DNA of 64,000 nucleotides from an uncultured Bacilli bacterium (GTDB lineage Bacteria; Bacillota_I; Bacilli_A; RF39; UBA660): NCBI GenBank assembly GCA_944358115.1, contig CALVQH010000001.1, positions 5,263 to 69,262 of the forward strand, read 5' to 3'. Shown piece by piece: positions 57,935 to 64,000 of this stretch (position 1 is its first letter; each line of letters starts with the position of its first letter). The notes under the pieces were generated by a model. It saw only the letters and a program-made list of their open reading frames with translations, ran no database searches and was not told where the DNA came from. The position numbers and the translations under genes were made by a program.

Positions 57935-59064
57935 TGGAAACAGTTGAAAAATTAGAAAAAATAAAAAAAGAACGGGAAGAAATTATTGCAAGCTTTAGTA
58001 AAAAACCATTAGAAGATACATATCTGGATAAAGAGACTAAGAAAATTAAGAGTATTTATCACACCATTGTAACAGACATAAAAGAAGAAACACCAGATGT
58101 AAAAACATTTACCTTAACAGCCGATAAAAATTCAGATACTCCTAGTTTAGCCCCATTTAAAGCAGGACAATATATCACAATTCATGTAACCGTAGATAAC
58201 TCCCCAGTCACAAGAGCTTACTCTTTATCTTCTGCTCCTTCACTAGCTAATAAAGATATCTATAAAATAACGATTAAAAGGGTAGAAAATGGCTTAGTAA
58301 GTAATTATATGTTAGATAATATAAAAGTAGGAGATAAACTAGATGTATCGAAACCAGCTGGTGATTTTGGATATAATCCCATTAGAGATGAAGAAAATGT
58401 AATTGCTATCGCTGGTGGAAGTGGCATCACTCCCTTTATGTCGCTAGCTTGGGCTATATTAGAAGGAACATATGATTGTAATTTAACTGTCTTTTATAGT
58501 GTGAAAACAGAGGAAGATATTATCTTTAAAAAAGAAATAGAAGAAATAAATAAAAAGAAAAAAAACGTAAAATTTATTGTTACTTTAACTCGCGAAGAAA
58601 AGGAAGGCTATTTACATGGCCATTTAACGAGAGAAATGTTAGAACCTTATATCAAAGAATTTAATACAGTATTAATGTGTGGACCAAAAGAATTATATCG
58701 TTCCATGAATGAATTACTAAATGAATTTAATATTCCTCGTAAATCTGTTCATTATGAAAACTTCTTTGTTGAATATGAGCCAGATGAAAAAACTACTTAT
58801 AATTTAAAAGTAGTCATGAAAGAAAAAGTAGAAACGATTCCTTGTCGTAATGATGAAACTCTTTTAGTAGCTATGGAAAGAGCAGGGATTAAAGCACCTT
58901 CCTTATGTCGGGTAGGAGAATGTGGTTACTGTAGAAGTAGGCTATTAGAAGGAAAAGTAAAAATGATCGGAGCAAGTCTAAAAAAAGCAGAAGCTGAAAA
59001 CGACTACATACACCCATGTGTATCATTCCCAGATAGTGATATTGTTTTAAAACTGGATATATAA
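57934..59064 (+). CDS. Ferredoxin-NAD(P) reductase-type protein (FAD/NAD-binding plus C-terminal 2Fe-2S ferredoxin)
   Basis: RAYSLSS (RxYS FAD motif), GGSGITPFMS NAD(P) motif, CRVGECGYC...C 2Fe-2S cluster. Confidence 0.7.
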   Translation: METVEKLEKIKKEREEIIASFSKKPLEDTYLDKETKKIKSIYHTIVTDIKEETPDVKTFTLTADKNSDTPSLAPFKAGQYITIHVTVDNSPVTRAYSLSSAPSLANKDIYKITIKRVENGLVSNYMLDNIKVGDKLDVSKPAGDFGYNPIRDEENVIAIAGGSGITPFMSLAWAILEGTYDCNLTVFYSVKTEEDIIFKKEIEEINKKKKNVKFIVTLTREEKEGYLHGHLTREMLEPYIKEFNTVLMCGPKELYRSMNELLNEFNIPRKSVHYENFFVEYEPDEKTTYNLKVVMKEKVETIPCRNDETLLVAMERAGIKAPSLCRVGECGYCRSRLLEGKVKMIGASLKKAEAENDYIHPCVSFPDSDIVLKLDI

Positions 59065-59105
59065 TGAAAAATAACAGAGACTAAAAAAATCTCTGTTTTT
59101 AAATA

Positions 59106-59543
59106 TTAATCAATTCTACCTAAAAGATAATCAGCACTAACATGATACTTGTGACAAATCGTATATAAAAAGGGAGTAGCAATAAGATTTCTTCCTTTTT
59201 CAAATCCACAAACAACTGATTGGGTAGTTTCAAGTAATTTAGCAAGTTTGTCCTGTGTTAATCCATGCTCTTTTCGAAATTGTTTTAATCTTTCTTTGCT
59301 AAGAGTAGTATCAATTTCCAACCTAGAACCTTGATAGTTTTTCGTATCCGCAAGTCCTAAAATATAATCAATAGAACAATGAAAAATATTAGCAAGCTGA
59401 TTTAATCTTTTAATGGGAATAATATCATACTGTTGCTCAAATTGATTATAAGAACTTCGTTTAATATCCAAAAGCTCAGCAACATCATATTGGGACATAT
59501 TATTATATTCTCTTAATTCTTTTAATTTAATACCATAATTCAT
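59106..59543 (-). CDS. Tandem-HTH XRE-family regulator (paralog), divergent from paralog 3
   Basis: Two HTH_XRE repeats. ATG at 59543; the track ORF begins at an upstream TTG. Confidence 0.75.
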   Translation of the reverse strand: MNYGIKLKELREYNNMSQYDVAELLDIKRSSYNQFEQQYDIIPIKRLNQLANIFHCSIDYILGLADTKNYQGSRLEIDTTLSKERLKQFRKEHGLTQDKLAKLLETTQSVVCGFEKGRNLIATPFLYTICHKYHVSADYLLGRID

Positions 59544-59739
59544 AAACTTCACCAAATTAATTTTCTCATGATTTTAAAACCAGAATAAAAAGTAGACTGT
59601 TTTAGCGATATTTTTCTTGACTTTCAGTCTAGCTCAAATTATAATTTATGTATAAGCTAGGAAACTCATCATAAGACTATGATAGTTTATTTTGATGATA
59701 ATTTAAATGAAGCCTAGCATCATGAAAGAAGGGCTAGCT

Positions 59740-61074
59740 ATGGAAATCGAGACGTTAAAAAGAAATCATTTAAAAAGAAATATTATAGTTGGAATTGGAA
59801 TAGTACTTGTTTTAGCAACAGTTATTCTAACTTTTACGAGAGCAAAATATAGAACAACACAATCAATTCCTTTAGTAAATGGAACAATTAATTATAGTTT
59901 AGCAGATTTAAATATAGTTGCCATAAAAGTAGACGGAGAACCATCTGATACTATACCTGAAGGTAATTATGAATTAACAGAAGATAGTTATTGTACTGTT
60001 GATGGAGAAAAAGATAGTAGTATTAAGGTAATTTATGAACCAGATACAAAATTACTTACCGTAACCCCATTTACAAGCAAAGAAACTAAATGTTATTTGT
60101 ATTTTGAAAAGCAATTATGTCCATTCAAAGCCTCAGCATGCAACACAATTTTGATGGGACGAGTGGTACAAACAAGAGTATTTCCTTTAACTATATCAAC
60201 TACAGTAACAGGAAGTAATGGGAAAGGAGATATTTATCAAGCAGAAGACGATGACGGAACAACCTATTATTTTGCAGGAAATCCTAATGATAATTGGGTA
60301 AGCTTTGCTGGGTTCTATTGGAGAATTATCCGAATTAACGGAGATGGAAGTATAAGGCTGATCTATAGTGGAGACAAAAGTGCTCAAGCAACAGGCACAA
60401 AAACTCAATTAGAAGATACTGGTGCTTTTAACAGTAACTATGAACGAAGTGAATATGTAGGTTTAAAATACACAATAAATAGCCAACATGGAATAACGAG
60501 TAATAGTACAATATTAAAAGCATTAAATACGTGGTATAGCAGCAATCTTACAGCTTATTCCCAATATATAAGTACAGAAGCCGGATTCTGTGGAGATCGA
60601 GAAATGGCAAATGGATATTTATGGAGTGCAACGCCAAGTAGCACAATTCATTTTGCGGGATATGAAAGACTAGTCCAAAATGGTAATAATGTAAATCCAA
60701 CATTTAAATGTAATAATAGTAATGATTTGTATACAGTAAGTAGTTCTTATAAAGGAAATCATGCACTAGAATATCCAATCGGATTAATTACCGCTGATGA
60801 GGTGGTATATGGAGGGCTATCATGGAGTGGAGGTACAACCAATAACTATCTTTATACAGGACAGTATTACTGGACGATGTCTCCATATTGTTTTTATTCT
60901 ATAGATGGCGCTAATGTGTTCGATGTAAGTCCAAATGGTCAGCTTAGTGACGGGTTAGGCCTTGTATATTGGACTGCTCCTGGCATCCGACCTGTCATTA
61001 ATCTTTCGGCAAATGTATCGCTTACTGGTATAGGAACTATGACTGATCCCTATGATGTTATTGGTATTGAATAA
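59740..61074 (+). CDS. Signal-anchored surface protein, paralog 3 of the GVRP-domain family
   Basis: MEIETLKRNHLKRNI...TRAKYRTTQSIPLVNGTINYSLADLNIVA, near-identical to paralog 2 at the N-terminus. C-terminus YYWRIIRINGDGSIRLIYSG...ITADEV...YWTMSPY...GIRPVINL...GIGTMTDPYDVI. Confidence 0.7.
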   Translation: MEIETLKRNHLKRNIIVGIGIVLVLATVILTFTRAKYRTTQSIPLVNGTINYSLADLNIVAIKVDGEPSDTIPEGNYELTEDSYCTVDGEKDSSIKVIYEPDTKLLTVTPFTSKETKCYLYFEKQLCPFKASACNTILMGRVVQTRVFPLTISTTVTGSNGKGDIYQAEDDDGTTYYFAGNPNDNWVSFAGFYWRIIRINGDGSIRLIYSGDKSAQATGTKTQLEDTGAFNSNYERSEYVGLKYTINSQHGITSNSTILKALNTWYSSNLTAYSQYISTEAGFCGDREMANGYLWSATPSSTIHFAGYERLVQNGNNVNPTFKCNNSNDLYTVSSSYKGNHALEYPIGLITADEVVYGGLSWSGGTTNNYLYTGQYYWTMSPYCFYSIDGANVFDVSPNGQLSDGLGLVYWTAPGIRPVINLSANVSLTGIGTMTDPYDVIGIE

Positions 61075-61112
61075 TAAACAATCATCACTAATATATTTTA
61101 GTGGTGATTTTT

Positions 61113-61700
61113 ATGTTAATAGCGCATCGTGGCTTAGTAAAAAAGGGAATTACAGAAAATACATTACCAGCTTTTTTAGGAGCCATTAATAGTCCCAAAT
61201 ATGCAGGCTTTGAATTAGATATTTATACAAGTAAAGATAATGTATTTGTTGTTCATCATGACCCTCTAATAAATGGTAAATTTATTTGGAATCAAACCTA
61301 TAAAGAATTAAGAAAAAAAGGTGTTATAAAATTAGTAGATGTTCTAAGATTAAAAACAGATAAAATCATACTAATTGAAATTAAGGATGTAAATATTGAT
61401 ATTGTTCGTTTTTCTAAATTACTAGCTAAATATCAAGATAAAAATATATATGTAATGTCTTTTTTTAATAGTGTAATCAAAAAATTGAAAAGTCCCAGTT
61501 TTAAAATAGGTATATTAAACTATATATTAAATAGTAAAGCCGAATATACTTATGATTTTATTGGCATTTTATATCCGATTGCAAATGATCATATGATTGC
61601 AAGTTTAAAAGAATCTAACATCGAAGTATTTTTATATGGAATTAGTAAAAATGACCCACTTTTATGGGAAGATATTTATTATATAGTGGACGAAAAATAA
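61113..61700 (+). CDS. Glycerophosphodiester phosphodiesterase (GDPD) family protein
   Basis: IAHRG...ENT..AF..A......ELD....KD....VHHD N-terminal catalytic motifs. Confidence 0.65.
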   Translation: MLIAHRGLVKKGITENTLPAFLGAINSPKYAGFELDIYTSKDNVFVVHHDPLINGKFIWNQTYKELRKKGVIKLVDVLRLKTDKIILIEIKDVNIDIVRFSKLLAKYQDKNIYVMSFFNSVIKKLKSPSFKIGILNYILNSKAEYTYDFIGILYPIANDHMIASLKESNIEVFLYGISKNDPLLWEDIYYIVDEK

Positions 61701-61799
61701 AACTTTTTCAAGGCACCTCAACACCGTTCGACAAATTTCGCTCTTTCTTTGTGCTAGGATAATCCCTAAATCCAAAAAGAGAGGAGGTGCCTAGTCCAA

Positions 61800-62099
61800 A
61801 TGAAAACATCAACGAATTCTTTTGGTGATTTGATGTTTAAGCGAATCATGAGTGAAGAAGAGCTGTTAATTGATTTTCTAAACTCATACTTTTCTTATAT
61901 GTCAGATGATAAAAAAATTGGAAAAGCCAAAGCCCATATAAGTGAGAAAACAGAGCCAGATGGCCTAAAAGCATATCATGTTATGATTCAAGCTTATCTA
62001 ACTTCCGGTGAAGAAATGCCAATCGGAATATATAAAAAAGAAGATGATTTAATCATAGTTAGAAAAACAGACAAAGAAAAAATAGAAGTATTAAGTTGA
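61800..62099 (+). CDS. Hypothetical protein (99 aa)
   Basis: ORF only. Confidence 0.3.
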   Translation: MKTSTNSFGDLMFKRIMSEEELLIDFLNSYFSYMSDDKKIGKAKAHISEKTEPDGLKAYHVMIQAYLTSGEEMPIGIYKKEDDLIIVRKTDKEKIEVLS

Positions 62100-63131
62100 T
62101 TTACTTCTATTTTTCTTCTTAAGTAAATAGCCAAATAAAAGAAGAATAACAACTGAAAAAATAAGACATACATAGGGAAGAGCATAATAAACAAATAATT
62201 CATAAACATAATTAAAATCAAAAAACCAATCAATAATAACTGCTATTAATCCCACAATAATAATAGATGTAATCCCACTTTTCCTTTGAGGGATCAAAGT
62301 TTTAATGGAATAAATACTAAAAGCCGAAGTAATAAAAAGATCAAATGCCCAAGCAACAGATAAAATATTTTCAATTTTTTCAATAAAATCAAAAAGCTTT
62401 ACTTGTTTTAATACCATATATTCCGGAAAACGAAATACATTGACTAAAATTTCACCAAAAACACCATTAACACATAAAAGAGCAATAATAACAGAAATTG
62501 CTGAAAGCAAATAGAAGAATATATAATGTTTCGTTTGATTAGGTTGCATATGCAAGGTTAAAATACCAGGAAAAGCACTAATTCCGGCAAAAGATATAAT
62601 ACACATCAACATATTAGATGGGGATGCTGTAAGAATTGGCAAAAAATTAGCAAAATCAAAATTACCAAATACACTAATAATAGAAAATAATGATAAGATA
62701 AGACTAATCGGAAATAAGGCAGAAGCAAGCTTAGGAATCATAGGTAATCCTTGAAAAGCCGCATAGAAAAGAAGTATAATCCAAGGAAGAAAAATAATAA
62801 ATACAGGTGTCGTAGCAAGCAAAAAACTCGATACAAAGGTTTTATAAGTAAGCAAAGTATAAGTAAGAAGAATAATACTTGCGAGTAAAAATAAAATTCG
62901 AGTAATCATTCCCACAACTTTTTGATTAGCAAATATTTGTTGAAGACTTTTACCATTTTTTTTATTAATAACCCACCGATATCCAAGGACAATAAGAAGC
63001 CCTAACAAAGTTCCAATGATTGCTCCAATATAAGTATCTTTATCTGTATATTTACAAATAAGAGAAATACCTAAGCCAAAAAACAAACTTCTTGTTAAGA
63101 AAAATAATGTAGTTGCGTTTTCTTTTTTCAT
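62091..63131 (-). CDS. Spore germination protein, Ger(x)B-type (APC-superfamily permease subunit)
   Basis: ~10 TM helices, about 346 aa. Immediately downstream of, and abutting, a Ger(x)C-like gene. Confidence 0.6.
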   Translation of the reverse strand: MKKENATTLFFLTRSLFFGLGISLICKYTDKDTYIGAIIGTLLGLLIVLGYRWVINKKNGKSLQQIFANQKVVGMITRILFLLASIILLTYTLLTYKTFVSSFLLATTPVFIIFLPWIILLFYAAFQGLPMIPKLASALFPISLILSLFSIISVFGNFDFANFLPILTASPSNMLMCIISFAGISAFPGILTLHMQPNQTKHYIFFYLLSAISVIIALLCVNGVFGEILVNVFRFPEYMVLKQVKLFDFIEKIENILSVAWAFDLFITSAFSIYSIKTLIPQRKSGITSIIIVGLIAVIIDWFFDFNYVYELFVYYALPYVCLIFSVVILLLFGYLLKKKNRSKST

Positions 63132-64000
63132 TTATTCCACCTCAAATGTTAATCCCTTTTTATTAATCTTTAAATTAAGGTCATAAGTAATATCTTGATT
63201 AGTCCAAGAATAAAAATCTTTCACTCGATAACGACTATAATAACTTCTGCCAATTCCCAAAGCATTCGATTGCACTTTTTGAAATACTCTTAATACTTCA
63301 TCCATTTCTTGTTCTACTATTTTAACAAATTCTTTTTCTAATTCTTCATAAGTATCTGCTTGTTTAAAATCATAACTACAAGTAGATTCACTAATACGAG
63401 CACTCATGACTCCCTTTACTAAAATTCCTTCCTTGCTTGGTTCAATGGAAACATCACTTTGATAAATGGCAATGGCTATCGTTTTTCCATCTTCACAAGT
63501 TTTTTGAAAATGAATGGATTCTACATTAAAATTATTAAGTAAATTAACAATACTTGCTTGATTGGAATCAAATGTATAAACAAGCTTGAAATCTCGAAAA
63601 ATACCTAAACCGGATAATTCGATCGTCTCTTCATCTTTTAGCTTAAATACAGGTAACATCGCATCTTCTCCACGACTAAGCATCCGGTTAACTGATTTAG
63701 TAAATTGAACATAATAAGCCGAATTATAAGTTTCATTATTAAATTCTAATAATTGTACAAGATAATTGCTAATAATCGGATGAGCTTTGGAACTAGCTTC
63801 AATTAAATCGCCAGCACTATCTTTGGCAATCGCTGCATAAAACTCATTACGTAATCTCTCAGTACGAATAAGATAATCAATGCAATCTTCTAAATGATTT
63901 TTAGCTACTTCCTCACTAAACAAAACAATCTCTACATGTTCAAAATAGGGCACTTTATCCATTTGATTGGCAGCACTTGTAAAAGCATAAACAATCGATT
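63132..64000 (-). CDS. Spore germination protein, Ger(x)C-type (5' end beyond window)
   Basis: The frame stays open to the window edge. Similar to the GerAC/GerKC family (two-domain germinant-receptor lipoprotein). C then B gene order as in gerK. Confidence 0.55.
   Translation of the reverse strand, partial: SIVYAFTSAANQMDKVPYFEHVEIVLFSEEVAKNHLEDCIDYLIRTERLRNEFYAAIAKDSAGDLIEASSKAHPIISNYLVQLLEFNNETYNSAYYVQFTKSVNRMLSRGEDAMLPVFKLKDEETIELSGLGIFRDFKLVYTFDSNQASIVNLLNNFNVESIHFQKTCEDGKTIAIAIYQSDVSIEPSKEGILVKGVMSARISESTCSYDFKQADTYEELEKEFVKIVEQEMDEVLRVFQKVQSNALGIGRSYYSRYRVKDFYSWTNQDITYDLNLKINKKGLTFEVE

Noticed and set aside
1-64000. CRISPR array / cas genes
   Set aside because: No regularly spaced direct repeats of 25-40 bp and no Cas-like ORFs were seen. 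TnpB is the only RNA-guided-nuclease relative and it is IS-borne.

Overview
This window is about 64 kb of very AT-rich DNA (roughly 28-30% GC by eye) from what appears to be a spore-forming Firmicute chromosome. The spore-former call rests on a sigK-type pro-sigma factor, CotF-like small proteins and a Ger(x)C/Ger(x)B germinant-receptor pair. Most genes are on the + strand. Core genes: mutL (3' part), gmk, sigK-like, gltX followed by tRNA-Glu(CUC), metA, a Y-family polymerase with a YolD-like partner, rluA-family, ABC-2 transporter, PGM/PMM, T-box-controlled ileS, NfeD/SPFH pair, hypoxanthine-DNA glycosylase-like, rpoZ, tRNA-Ala, tRNA-Pro/tRNA-Arg, xfp phosphoketolase plus two redox partners, GDPD. 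Accessory patches: (1) three paralogous secreted/surface proteins sharing a C-terminal 'YWRIIRINGD...ITADE...YWTMSPY...GVRPVINL...GDGT..PY' domain. Two sit beside a divergent tandem-HTH XRE regulator; a third regulator copy has different cargo and a 'split' two-gene version lies upstream of the first paralog. (2) A decayed mobile patch: two small MutS-domain-I-like ORFs, a TnpB (IS605/IS1341-type) element with its own sigma-70 promoter, and a truncated reverse-transcriptase gene. (3) A phage-like module: T4-gp37-like HxH fibre, a 2054-aa signal-peptide-less RHS/YD toxin with DNRLRE-like N-domain, an overlapping immunity gene, then holin plus M23 endolysin. This may be a holin-dependent toxin-release locus. 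(4) tRNA-adjacent islets (DUF3800-like; orphan MvaI/BcnI-like nuclease). (5) ORF6N and RhuM-Fic/Doc genes. No CRISPR array, rRNA or intact prophage was seen.
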